A stretch of DNA of 54,676 bases, the filler included, from Basidiobolus ranarum (Eukaryota), in assembly GCA_040143965.1 (NCBI GenBank). It is 4 parts of 4 records of this genome, joined end to end, with 100 filler letters (N's around TTAATTAATTAA, not from the genome) between each part and the next. Parts side by side here need not be neighbours in the genome. Positions count along the whole stretch, not along the records: positions 27,426 to 41,015 come from JASJQH010000475.1; 3 more parts are not named here. The stretch is one strand, 5' to 3'. Below the pieces are notes generated by a model that ran no database searches, was not told the DNA's origin, and saw only the letters and a list, made by a program, of their open reading frames with translations. Shown here in pieces: positions 27,426 to 38,393 of the stretch (position 1 is its first letter; each line of letters opens with the position of its first letter). Both the position numbers and the translations under genes were made by a program.

Positions 27426-27788
27426 GATTACGACGAATACGATGGGGACGGTCATGGAAGAGGAAAGAAGTATGGTGGTGGTGGTGGTGGTGGTGGGGAC
27501 GACTACGATGATGATGAGTATGATGGTCACGGTGATGGAGGTGACTACAAGCACGGAGGTGGAAGAGGAAGGAAATATGGTGGTGGCGGTGGTGGTGATG
27601 ACTATGATGATGATGATGAGTATGATGGACATGGTGGAGGAAGAGGAAAGAAATATGGCGGTGGCGGTGACGACTATGATGATGAATATGATGGGCACGG
27701 TGACGGAGGTGACTACAAGCATGGAGGTGGAAGAGGAAGGAAATATGGCGGTGGTGGTGGTGATGATTACGGTCATGGCAAATATTAG
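27426..27788 (+). CDS. 3' end of a Gly/Asp/Tyr/His/Lys-rich repeat protein (5' truncated); true frame is not in the ORF track
   Basis: The frame starting at 27426 is open for 120 codons: DYDEYDGDGHGRGKKYGGGGGGGGDDYDDDEYDGHGDGGDYKHGGGRGRKYGGG...DDYGHGKY-TAG. Variation between repeats falls at third positions in this frame (GGT/GGA/GGC, GAT/GAC). Confidence 0.8.
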   Translation, partial: DYDEYDGDGHGRGKKYGGGGGGGGDDYDDDEYDGHGDGGDYKHGGGRGRKYGGGGGGDDYDDDDEYDGHGGGRGKKYGGGGDDYDDEYDGHGDGGDYKHGGGRGRKYGGGGGDDYGHGKY

Positions 27789-28051
27789 ACAAAGTACTAC
27801 CACTTGGATACCCACAACCCGTAGAATAAATAGATTTCTTTTGATCACTATATAAGATGGCTGACTAGGATTTTACTGTTCTTACATATATATTCGAAAT
27901 AGTGAATTAAGAATGTAGAATTACAATAATTGAAGTCGATATTCACCACTTTACTCCATACAAAACTAACGGAAATAATTGATCTCAATATCGATGATTT
28001 ATTATATATTTTTATAACGATCATAATGCAAATCTACTCGAAATGAATTAT

Positions 28052-28118
28052 AGTTAGCAATGTATGATATGAAGTTTTATAGTCAGCAATGTATGATATG
28101 AGGTTTTATAGTTAGCAG
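28052..28118. repeat. 29-bp tandem repeat (about 2.3 copies) downstream of chitinase
   Basis: agttagcaatgtatgatatgaagttttat / agtcagcaatgtatgatatgaggttttat / agttagca. Confidence 0.8.
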
Positions 28119-28161
28119 GCATTCCCCGATTATGGTAACTGCCTGAGAAATCCTTTGTTTT

Positions 28162-29692
28162 CTAACATTGGCCTTGATCGAACCAAACCTTTTGAGTGTT
28201 ATTCCCCGGAGCATCGTTCTGGGTCCACCATTTAGCTTTCCAGAGATGGTTATTGTAGGTTACTTTTTGGGTGCCTCTATATGCTAAAGTAGGAGACCAT
28301 CCAGTGACTCCAACGCAATTCCCAAGAGCTGGGTTGTTGCCAGTAATGGGTGTCACTTTAGAAGTGGGTGACTGAGAGGCAGTCGTAGTGCTAGGCTTGC
28401 GAATTTCTTGTAGAGCATTTAGTAGCTCGTCATTCGAATCATGAGTCATATCCCAATACATAACACCACGTAGCCCTTGCTGCTTAGTATAGTCCACTTT
28501 AACTTTGATGGATTGAGGGTCATCGTAGGAGATATACATCTTACTACTAGCACTGAACAGCCATGGAGTCTGGGTAGTACTGTCCCAATATCTATTCCAA
28601 CCTGGGATAGGATTGGTGAGTCCATTTTTAAGAATCTCACTTCTTAAATATTTCCAAGCCCAAAGACCACCATAAACTGACCCTTCATTGCAAAAGGAAT
28701 TTGGTATATTGGAATCGACAGGGTCACCCTTTGGAACAGTAGATTGCTTAGACACATACTGGTTTAAAGGATTAACGTTCATGTCTACCGTAGTAGTCAC
28801 AGATCGTCCGTAGAATGGCAGCCCCATGACCAATTTTTCAGCTGGCCATTTGGCATCCAACCAAGTCTTGGAAGCTTGGCGAAAAGAAAATGGATCTCCA
28901 CCTTTAGAATCGTAATCGAATGGTGCATTTGGGCCAGTTGTAGCTGACCAGCCACCATTGATATCATAAGCCATTACATTAACAAAATCGAAGTATGGTA
29001 CGAAGGAAGAAACATCATTTAAAGGACTTCCGTTAGGCCCATCAAAAGGTTGAACTCTCACTGCGGCAGTTAGTAGCTTGTGTTCATTAGGAAACTCTTT
29101 ATCCAATGCAGCCCTAAGTTCCTTAAGAAGGCTCAGATAGTTGGCACTGTCTGCAGCGTCATGCACGTTGCATTTTGCTCCTAATCTGGCTGGGTACTCC
29201 CAATCGATATCGATACCATCGAAATCCCAACCATCTGGACTTTGGCCCACTGGCTTAGTGTTCTTTCGTACGAATACGAGAGCATTGTTGATAAATTTCT
29301 GACGTAGAGAAGGATCACGAACAACAAGTGAAAATGTCTGGCTACCGGTCCAACCACCCACTGATATGAGTACCTTTACGCCCTTCGCTTTAGCTAGCTG
29401 AGTCAATTGACGGATTGCGTTACCATCATAAGTTGGATCGATGTAGATATTAGCTGGATCCTCCCTTTTTGTTAATACACCGAAACCTAAAAGCAAATGT
29501 AAGTCATACAACTTATAATCACGTGAATGGAAATATGTTACCGTAGTTAATATGAGTAACCTTGTCGTAGCTGAGTTGACTAGGTTGAACCCTCCCCCAA
29601 GGGACGTAATATCCTACAATCACCTTATCGTTTGCACGAACTAAGGCAACAGTGGAAACAAGAGCGGAAAGAAGGGCGAGTGAAATCTTCAT
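28162..29692 (-). CDS. Secreted GH18 chitinase with C-terminal CBM5/12 (ChtBD3) module, 2 exons
   Basis: Signal peptide MKISLALLSALVSTVALVRA, IVGYYVPW, KVLISVGGW, catalytic DGIDIDWEYP, VMAYD, ISYDDPQSI..K, GVMYW. S/T linker, then KVTYNNHLWKAKWWTQNDAPG. Confidence 0.96.
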
Positions 29693-30703
29693 GATATCTG
29701 GTCGTAAAATGAGAAGAGAACCCTAACTTAAATAGTTTTTTACATTGCTGTTGGTGTCTGCCTTTAGAAGTAGCTATACGGATATTCGTCCACATTTTTG
29801 GAGAAAACTTTGTATCATCATCTACCGAAGTCATAGCTAAGGTTTATCTTGGTTTGTACGGTTAGAAGATCGTCCAAGGTGGCCTGATCTATCTATATAA
29901 GCAGTAAATGATAAGCATTAGATGTAATAATCTAAAACATCCCTGTTGATGATCATCTATTATTTTCTATAAATCTGATATGCTATATAGACCGCGAATC
30001 GAGTCCCAATTTATCGATATTCATACTTCGCGACAAGGTAGTCGAAAATTATTATTACTGTACATGTTAATATACATATATATGTTGACATATGAGTTAC
30101 TGTTAATATTTTTGAAAAGAAAGAAATGTAGTCCACAATTAGTACCAACTTACAGTGAGAACAACAAGCTGTAATGTCGGTGTGGATGTGGCATTATCAT
30201 TATAGCTAACACAGATAGCACCATAGGAAGTTACCTAAGAAACCCGAAGGATTCAAATTTCCGTAGCGCTGTAATACTGTTACTAAGCATTGATTCTGAT
30301 TTTACTCCATCCAACATCTGAGCTTTTATAGAAAGTAAATTTTGTCTGTGAAATTATGGGATTTGTCAGAAGCAATATTCTCTAAATATCAAATATCTAT
30401 TTTATGATCACAACCTCAACCCTAACCCTACCTTTCGGGCTAAATAACATAATCATCATCATCATAACCATCGCCATATGATTCAATACCTATTTCCGAT
30501 AAGCGTAACATTGATGAATAGAACATGATTTATTAATAGTTTATAATGTAAATTAAGTGAATGTTGTTACAAGGCACAGGAAAGTGTAAAGAAATGTGAG
30601 CTTATTAGGAAAAGACAACTTGGTCTGAGCCAAAACAAATACATATCCAATGATGTTGCTCATGTATGTTTAGAGGGGACAAGGGTAGGGTTGGTGAAAC
30701 AAA

Positions 30704-31753
30704 TCATAATGCCAAAAACTCCTCCTTTTTCCGATAATACTCATTGAACCGGAGTACAGCATAACTCATGTAATCGAAATCAATGTCGGAAAGTTGAGCT
30801 TGAACTAATGCCCATAGACCCCAGAAAATATGGGACGCAAGAGCAAATTGGTTCACCTCCCGATATAATGTGTCTACTTCCACGCTTGTAGGCGCCTTCC
30901 CCTGTGCAGACTCAAGATACTTAGCGAGCCATACTAATTGGTACTCCCTATCCGGATACCTTGAATAATCACACTCGAAGCCTGCATATTCAGCGAAATG
31001 ATTTCCAATATCAAACCCACGGAAACTGTAAGATCCATATTCGTAATCAATGAAAGAGCAAGAGTTACTTTCTGGCTCATAAATAAGATTGGCCGAAAGT
31101 AAGTCATTATGACTGAACACAACTGGTGCATCAAGCTGAGTCAATTTTTCTTCCAGACTGTTTAATTCGTCGTTTAGCACCGAAAGATCAAAGTGCTTTT
31201 GAAAAATTCGATTAGCCTCTGGGTTATCGTATGTAGTGGGAACGTCATGTAGCCATCTTCTTAATGTTTTAAACAACTGTGGCGAATGGTCCCCTAAGAT
31301 ATTAACTTGATGCCATGTAGCCAATTTTTCGGCCACTAGCAAAGAGGTTTTGAGGTCGGACATCATATCCAAAGAGTATACTTGACCTGCGATGTATCCG
31401 TAGATAAACCCATTCTTAAAGCGACCGTACAAGGGTGGACAAAGGCCAAGTTTGGCGAGACCGGTAAGGTTAATTAGCTCTTGTCTTCTATCAATCAATA
31501 CTTCGGACTTTTTTCCGTACGCACGGATTAATACTGATTGACCATCACTATGTTTACAACGTACGAGTTTATTCGTGATACCATCTTTGCACTGAGTAAA
31601 TGTCAACTCGGATTCTTTCCACTCTGGAAAGACGGTTAGTACAACCTTTAAGGCAGAGGGGATTAAGGTATCGTGATGAACGATATAATCCAGATTTGGC
31701 ACTTCATGATCGATGAAATGTTCCAATTCGGAGAGAGTGAGAAGTTGATTCAT
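30704..31753 (-). CDS. Ethanolamine/choline kinase, intronless
   Basis: GITNKL, VLIRAYG, YGRFKNG, Brenner motif FSHNDLLSANLI, FIDYEYGSYSFRGFDIGNHFAEYAG, LASHIFWGLWAL. Start taken at MNQLL (31753). Confidence 0.93.
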   Translation of the reverse strand: MNQLLTLSELEHFIDHEVPNLDYIVHHDTLIPSALKVVLTVFPEWKESELTFTQCKDGITNKLVRCKHSDGQSVLIRAYGKKSEVLIDRRQELINLTGLAKLGLCPPLYGRFKNGFIYGYIAGQVYSLDMMSDLKTSLLVAEKLATWHQVNILGDHSPQLFKTLRRWLHDVPTTYDNPEANRIFQKHFDLSVLNDELNSLEEKLTQLDAPVVFSHNDLLSANLIYEPESNSCSFIDYEYGSYSFRGFDIGNHFAEYAGFECDYSRYPDREYQLVWLAKYLESAQGKAPTSVEVDTLYREVNQFALASHIFWGLWALVQAQLSDIDFDYMSYAVLRFNEYYRKKEEFLAL

Positions 31754-32375
31754 CTCGTATAAAGTGGTGTACAATAGAAAGTGAGATAAGAGACAAAACG
31801 AACTCGCACGGATAAAAGACACCCTCACTGACTTAATAAAGAAAATTAGCAAGGCGAATCACGGATAGTCTTATCTAAGTACAATTTGCATTCGTTGGGG
31901 TTTGAAAAAGTGGATAATCGAATTATACGCTATAGTTTTGTAGCATGTGATCTGGTTTCAAAAGCTATCTTGGCTCCTCTTACATGCACACACAGACTAA
32001 ATCATTGATTCCATAACAATTCATAATATTTAATACGTTGTAAAAAGCGATTGGTGCAACATGGATATGTTCTATGTTCTCATATACTAATTGCGCTGTT
32101 GTAACCACTCAAATCATTGGGCTTCCAATTTTATCCATTTTGGATTTAAATATGGTATCCTTTTTGGATTCGGCCAATTTTCTCTGAGCGAATCAATTGC
32201 AAGAATGTTGAGGCGATAATATTGAATATTCGTATATATTCTATTCTATATCTCTCAACATCATAATGTTTAATTCGAGAATATTATGATGACTACCATA
32301 TTAAGAATAATTGAGTGAATTTTATTGCGTTAATCATAACTCTTCATTGAGAAGACAGTATTTAAATAATCTAAT

Positions 32376-33992
32376 TTAGGCCCAGTCACAGGCGATTGAA
32401 CTACCGATGGTCTTGCATACCGTACCAACTGCACAAGTGATTTCCATTAGTCTACCATAAGCGCAGCTAGTAAATTTGGGTGATTTACCAGAGTCAACAC
32501 ACTTGTACACTCCATTCTCGCATGATGTTTCTGTTGGCTTGGGAACACCCGAAGAAACGGTAACAGTAGATGTCACGGTAACAGTAGATGGAATACAGGA
32601 TTGAGTAGTCGCACTAAAAGTAGAGATACTACTAATTCCACCAGAGGATTTGGTGGGTACGTTAGATGTTCCGGTAGCAGTAGATAATGTGCTTTCTACC
32701 GAAGTTGAGAACTGTGTAGTCTTGGAAGTTACCTTGGTCCCGGTGGGCTTGGTAGTCACTGCAATATTAGAAGTCATGGTTGATCCTTGAGTTTCAGTGG
32801 GTTTCTGAGTCTCGGTAGATTTTTGGGACTCAGTAGTCACTGTAGACTCTGGTTTCCCGGTAGGCTTGGGGTCATTCTTATGCTGATTGTACCACTCGCA
32901 GATGGGTCCTTGAAGTTCCATCGATGCCATGATATCTTTTCCGTCACATTTACTTTCGGTGAGACATTGTAGACTGTTGGCCATAAATGCTCCATTTCCT
33001 GGGTTGCTTGTGTCGCAGAGACACGAGAAAGACTGAACAAAGTTAGGATCAGTTTCATCTTGGGTATAGCTAGACCAACACTGCTTTCCAGCCTTCAAGG
33101 AGCATGAAGTGATGCATTCACTGGGATACTCGAAGGGGAAGTAGTCTGAAGGTTTATGAGTTTCGGTAGGTTTTGTGCTTTCGGAAGTTTTGGTAGATTC
33201 TGAGGTTACAGTGGGCTCTTGAGTCTTGGTGGATATTGATGTCGCGGTAGATTCTTGAGTCTTAGTAGTCTCTACGGTTAAAGTTGATTTTTGAGTTTCG
33301 GTAACCTTGGAGGTGATAGTTGACTCTGGAGTTTCGGTGCTCTTGGAAGTGACAGTTGTTTCTGGAGTTTCAATAGTTTTCGAAGTTGTTTTTTGGGCGT
33401 TAGTATTTTCTGAGGTGATGGTTGGTTCTGGAGTCTTAGAAGTTTCTGAGGTGATAGTTGAATTTTGGGTCTCAGTAGTCTTTGAAGTTGTAGTAGACTC
33501 CTGAGTCTTGGTTATTTCTGAGGTGATGGTTGGTACTTGAGTCTCTGAAGTTACAGTGGGTTCTTGAGTTTCAGTAGTTTTTGAGGATACCGTAGGTTGT
33601 TGAGTCTCGGTAGTTTCTGAGTTCATAGTTGATGCTTGAGTTTCGGTGGGTTTAGGATCATTCTTGTGCTGATTGTACCACCTACAGATGGGTCCCTGAA
33701 GTGCCATTGAAGCACTGATATCCTTACCACTGCATCTGTTCTTTATCAGGCATTTCAAACTATTACCCATAAATGCACCATTACCAGGATTGCTAGTGTC
33801 ACACAGACAGGAGAAAGACTGAACAAAATTAGGATTGGCCTCATCCTGAGTGTACTCAGACCAGCATTTTTTCCCAGCTTCTAGAGAGCATGATGTGATG
33901 CAATCACTAGGATAATCGAAAGGAAAGTAGTCAGAAGCAGAGATTACAGTGGCTACAGCAAGGCCAGCTAGAAGCTTGTTAGCAAGAAGCAT
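32376..33992 (-). CDS. Secreted protein: signal peptide + two CFEM-like 8-Cys domains + S/T stalks + C-terminal CBM19-like chitin-binding module (paralogue A)
   Basis: MLLANKLLAGLAVATVISA signal; two DYFPF.YPS.CITSC...SCLC...C...C...GPIC.WYNQHK domains; C-terminal CENGVYKC...C.YG...CAVGTVC...ACDWA. Confidence 0.85.
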   Translation of the reverse strand: MLLANKLLAGLAVATVISASDYFPFDYPSDCITSCSLEAGKKCWSEYTQDEANPNFVQSFSCLCDTSNPGNGAFMGNSLKCLIKNRCSGKDISASMALQGPICRWYNQHKNDPKPTETQASTMNSETTETQQPTVSSKTTETQEPTVTSETQVPTITSEITKTQESTTTSKTTETQNSTITSETSKTPEPTITSENTNAQKTTSKTIETPETTVTSKSTETPESTITSKVTETQKSTLTVETTKTQESTATSISTKTQEPTVTSESTKTSESTKPTETHKPSDYFPFEYPSECITSCSLKAGKQCWSSYTQDETDPNFVQSFSCLCDTSNPGNGAFMANSLQCLTESKCDGKDIMASMELQGPICEWYNQHKNDPKPTGKPESTVTTESQKSTETQKPTETQGSTMTSNIAVTTKPTGTKVTSKTTQFSTSVESTLSTATGTSNVPTKSSGGISSISTFSATTQSCIPSTVTVTSTVTVSSGVPKPTETSCENGVYKCVDSGKSPKFTSCAYGRLMEITCAVGTVCKTIGSSIACDWA

Positions 33993-34083
33993 GTTGATAG
34001 TCGAGATGTAATAAGTGACTGACTTAACATAACAATCAATGAACTGCATATTTATATCCTCTGATTGCTGTGCGTAGTCATTT

Positions 34084-34092
34084 TTCTTGGCA
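34084..34092 (-). promoter_or_regulatory. TGCCAAGAA box (PacC/Rim101-like) upstream of paralogue A
   Basis: 92-100 bp upstream of the ATG, just upstream of TATAAAT; conserved in all four paralogue promoters. Confidence 0.65.
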
Positions 34093-34926
34093 CTGTCTCT
34101 AATCTATCAACTATGACCTGGAATCGCCTTTTCGAATTTATTGAATTAGCAAATGGAATGTCTCTTTATTTGGAATGCACTTAGAATAGTTGCGCGATGT
34201 AGTGGTCAGAGGAAAGGTATTCTCTCATATCTTTTGAGCAATGCGCTTACTAGAGCGTTCCTTCGTGTCAATGGGCCAATCATCCTAGATTGCCATAATG
34301 AGTATTTATGCTTAATCCTACTCAATCTAGGTAGTAATGATAAGCAAAATCTGATGCTCTAATCGACACTTGTATATCCAGACCCTCTTATGCAGTCCAA
34401 CGATAGCCGACTAATTCTAGACTTCATTGTGAACATGGATTTCTCAAATCTTTGATACCATTGACTTGGCTTCTTTTTTGTTTGCGCTCGTTAATGACAA
34501 TTTTATTGAATCAGAGATAAACCTGCATTAAATTCTGTCATGCTGTAGCTATATCCCGAGTGCAAATAGTGATAGTCAACCAGGTAGTCGGATAGGGTGC
34601 ATTCTAAATCAGTTTGATCTTACGCCCACGAGGCTCTGGTAAAATCACCTGAATTATTTAAGGGAATCTTTGCTCGAGAGCCTTCTATAACTGGAACACA
34701 TCTCTGGGAGTGTGCCTCGTTCATACTTGGTATGGATGATTTGCAGAGCTCATCATGGACTATAGAATAATTACTAAACCTGGTGATATGTGGGATTTAC
34801 TTGTTTTATTGCTTTCTTTATTAGAAAAAGTCTAAATATTTAATATGAACTATTGCCTAATATATGCTTTTTGTATGAACACAACTATTATAATGTTGAT
34901 GCTCAATATCCTAGATGTTGCTAAAC

Positions 34927-35856
34927 TTATGCCCAGTCACAGATGATGGAGTTACCACTGGTCTTGCAGACGGTTCCAGGAGCGCAGGCGTTGTCAACTG
35001 ACTTTCCATGGACGCAGATAGTGTATTTGGTAGATTTACCTGAATCAACGCATTTATAAGCACCATGCTCGCATGTGACATCTGTAGGCTGTGGAGCAAC
35101 TTCAGTTTCATAAACGGTGGTAGTAACAGTAACAGTAACTACTGGACATGTAGGATCAACGATGGCAGTGGTTTCAGTGGATACTTGAGTCTCGGTAGGC
35201 TTTTGAGATTCAGTAGTGCTGGTAGGCTCCTGAGTAGTAGTCTCAGAAGTCTTGGAAGATTCTTGAGTCTCGGTGGTTTCGGTAGGCTTTTCGGCTTCAG
35301 TAGAAGTAGTAGTAGGCTCTGAAGTCTCAGTAGTAGTGGTGGCGGGCTCTGAAGTCTCAGTAGTAGTGGTGGTGGGCTCTGAAGTCTCAGTAGTAGTAGT
35401 AGTGGGCTCTGGAGTCTCAGTAGAGGTAGTGGTGGGCTCTGGAGTCTCGGTAGAAGTAGTGGTAGGCTCTGGTGTTTTAGTAGAAGTGATAGTTGGTTCT
35501 GGAGTCTCAGTAGGCTTGGGGTCATTCTTATGCTGATTGTACCATTCACAAATGGGACCTTGAAGTCCCATCGATGTCATGATATCTTTTCCGTCACATT
35601 TACTTTCGGTGAGACATTGTAGACTGTTCGCCATGAATGCTCCATTTCCAGGGTTACTTGTGTCACAGAGACATGAGAAAGACTGAACAAAGTTAGGATC
35701 AGTTTCATCTTGGGTATAGTTGGACCAGCACTTCTTTCCTGCCTTCAAGGAGCATGAAGTAATACATTCACTAGGATATTCAAAGGGAAAGTAATCAGAA
35801 GCAGAGACAACTGAAATGGCAGCAATAGCAGCAAGAACTTGAGTAGCGAAATACAT
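34927..35856 (-). CDS. Secreted protein: CFEM-like domain + TETPEPTTTS repeats + CBM19-like module (paralogue B)
   Basis: Signal peptide, one 8-Cys domain, about seven 10-aa mucin-like repeats, C-terminal CEHGAYKC...CAPGTVC...ICDWA. Confidence 0.88.
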   Translation of the reverse strand: MYFATQVLAAIAAISVVSASDYFPFEYPSECITSCSLKAGKKCWSNYTQDETDPNFVQSFSCLCDTSNPGNGAFMANSLQCLTESKCDGKDIMTSMGLQGPICEWYNQHKNDPKPTETPEPTITSTKTPEPTTTSTETPEPTTTSTETPEPTTTTTETSEPTTTTTETSEPATTTTETSEPTTTSTEAEKPTETTETQESSKTSETTTQEPTSTTESQKPTETQVSTETTAIVDPTCPVVTVTVTTTVYETEVAPQPTDVTCEHGAYKCVDSGKSTKYTICVHGKSVDNACAPGTVCKTSGNSIICDWA

Positions 35857-35957
35857 TTTAGTTGAGAAGTGAGATAATCAATTCAGTATGCGCTATGGGA
35901 AGTATTTATATTATGCTACGTCACGTCGACTTAACCCTACCGCAAGCCTAGTTAAAT

Positions 35958-35966
35958 TTCTTGGCA
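35958..35966 (-). promoter_or_regulatory. TGCCAAGAA box (PacC/Rim101-like) upstream of paralogue B
   Basis: 102-110 bp upstream of the ATG, upstream of TATAAATA. Confidence 0.65.
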
Positions 35967-36514
35967 TAGGGTTCCGATGCAGAGGTTTAATTACTTCCAA
36001 TTTAGAAGTATTCATACACCATCCACTTCTCTTAAGAGAGAATCTAGATCAACGATAGTAAAAACTTGCACGCTGTTAAATTCTAATAAGGGGAAATTAG
36101 CAATCGGTTGATCTATGAATAGCATGTCTATTGAGTTATGCAGAAAGTGAAAGTACAGATTTTCTTTATACGCAAAGCTTATCGTAATATAGTAATATGA
36201 AATAAGTTTATCATAATGTAGCATATTGACTAAAATCCAAATCAAAAGAATGCAAGAGTTTATCGAAATATCTTCCATATTCATGCTGAGTCTAGATATA
36301 ACCCACTCTTTTGGTTACAGTTTGAAATTCTTGCCGACCAGAATCCACTCCAGTCGGTAGAGGAATAATATTCGGATTTGCCATTCGAAATATATGAAAG
36401 CATTGAACACTTTCGATTAGAAAAATCAATGATGAGGTAACTCAGCCACTCAAACAGCCACATGGATTAAAACGTAACCCAGTTACACCAAAAGATATAG
36501 ATCGGAATTGATTT

Positions 36515-36646
36515 TACTGCATTCATAGTTGCTTTCATATTTCTCTATTCTACTGCATTCATAGTTGCTTTCATATTTCTCTATTCTACTGCTTTCATAT
36601 TTCCTTATTCTACTGCTTTCATATTTCCTTATTCTACTGCTTTCAT
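36515..36646. repeat. Composite minisatellite (2 x 36 bp, 2 x 24 bp, plus a partial unit)
   Basis: tactgcattcatagttgctttcatatttctctattc x2, then tactgctttcatatttccttattc x2, then tactgctttcat. Confidence 0.9.
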
Positions 36647-36925
36647 TTAGCTGATTTCTATCATTGGCCGAATTAGTACCAAACCGAGATTCTCGGCTCC
36701 TAATAATCGATTTTATAAGTCGATTGTTCTAATGATCATTCTTATGCTTATCAGCTCAAAACGGTTTTAATTATTCGATTTGATGCATAACCTAAACTTG
36801 CTTTAAACTTTTTTCTTGACAAAGATGGCATATCAGTCAGATTTTGTAAATTGGGTGTATGTTTATTATAGAAATAACTATAGAGTATGTCAAAAATTAT
36901 AATGAAGTTGGCCATAGATACTTTA

Positions 36926-37570
36926 TCAATCATATTTGCCAGTTACGAATACACCAGCAGCAACGATGACCAGTGCACATGCAGAGCTAAGATTAGCTGT
37001 GGTTCCAGCAGATGTTGGGGTCTCAGAAGGCTTCTCGCTTTCAGTAGTGCTGGTGGATGCGTGGGTAGTTGCCTCTGAAGTGCTGGTGCTTATTTGGGTT
37101 TCTGTTGACTTTTCCACCTCGGAAGCTTCGCTAGACTTTTGAACCTCGGTAGTTTCAGCAGAAGTTGTAGAAGATTCTGGTGTTTGAGTAGATGTTGGAG
37201 TCTCAGTAGGTGTTGGAGTCTCAGTAGGTTTAGGGTCATTCTTATGCTGATTATACCACTCGCAAATGGGTGTTCGAAGGTTCATCGATGTTGTAATATC
37301 CTTACTTTCACATTTGTTTTCTGTAAGACATTTTACACTATCGAGCATGAATGCTCCATTTCCAGGGTTACTTGTGTCACAAAGACACGAGAAAGACTGA
37401 ACAAAGTTGGGATCAGTTTCTACTTGAGTATAGTCGGCCCAACATGTCTTTCCGGCAGCCAAGGAGCAAGAGGTAACACAATCACTGGGATATTCGAAGG
37501 GAAAGTAATCAGAAGCAGAGACAACTGAAATGGCAGCAATAGCAGCGATAACCTGAGTAGTGAAATACAT
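36926..37570 (-). CDS. Secreted protein: CFEM-like domain + short S/T/E stalk + hydrophobic C-terminus (GPI-signal-like); no CBM19 (paralogue C)
   Basis: MYFTTQVIAAIAAISVVSA signal; 8-Cys domain; ends SAGTTANLSSACALVIVAAGVFVTGKYD. Confidence 0.83.
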   Translation of the reverse strand: MYFTTQVIAAIAAISVVSASDYFPFEYPSDCVTSCSLAAGKTCWADYTQVETDPNFVQSFSCLCDTSNPGNGAFMLDSVKCLTENKCESKDITTSMNLRTPICEWYNQHKNDPKPTETPTPTETPTSTQTPESSTTSAETTEVQKSSEASEVEKSTETQISTSTSEATTHASTSTTESEKPSETPTSAGTTANLSSACALVIVAAGVFVTGKYD

Positions 37571-37652
37571 CTTAGTTGAGAAATGAGACAATCAATTCAG
37601 TATGAGCTAGGGAAAGTATTTATACCTCGCTATATTCTGTTAATTCACCAAT

Positions 37653-37661
37653 TTCTTGGCA
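37653..37661 (-). promoter_or_regulatory. TGCCAAGAA box (PacC/Rim101-like) upstream of paralogue C
   Basis: 83-91 bp upstream of the ATG, upstream of TATAAATA. Confidence 0.65.
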
Positions 37662-38393
37662 TTAGTGATTTTGGTCTAGAAGCCTACTTGTAATTTAGCG
37701 ATTGGAATTCTTGGTCTATTCGCTCACATTTGCTGGTTGAATCGCCTCCAAATGACTCTGGAGCAATAAAAGGTAAAATGGCACAGAGTTTGATAAATAG
37801 GCAGTGGGGTTATCTAGTCCAGGCAAAGTCATCCGAATCAGCTGGCTTATCCTAAGCAAGCATTTCTGTGGCAAATGAAGATGAACGACTCTAATATTGA
37901 CGATCCATCTAGCTATATCCTAATGCATGGATTTTCTTGCATAAAAATATAGGTAAATGAGAAGGAATCCACTGTCTGATAGGCTATTGCATACAATACG
38001 TCTAGATGGGTCTTATCCACCAATTGCTATAGAGATACACGAACCAGAAGAAGGGAAGAGCCATTAATTAGCGATTAGATTCTGACCACAAAAGTAGTTT
38101 TGACTTATTGCTCTGATAGAAGCTCAAACATTACAGCTACCTGGATCAGAACATTACTAGGTTACGCTAAATCACCCAAAAAGATGTTTACCTCGGAGCG
38201 GTACCCGAAATTTTCGGATTTTTCCATTTAGTGAATTGTTGCCTAGATCGCAGACTTCATCCATTATTATCCATCGTTGTATAATTGCTGATTACCCTGA
38301 TTAGAGCCAAATATCACACGAGATGTTGCTTTTTATATATTTATTGTATGAATAGCTGACTATTATTTGTCAATGTCCCAAATATTACTGAAC

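Noticed and set aside
27370-27855. His-rich, Thr/Ile-rich and Met/Val-rich ORFs in the ORF track
   Set aside because: Shadow frames of the Gly/Asp/Tyr repeat; wobble-position variation supports the frame starting at 27426.
36515-36646. CRISPR-like array
   Set aside because: Head-to-tail repeats with no unique spacers, in a eukaryotic context.
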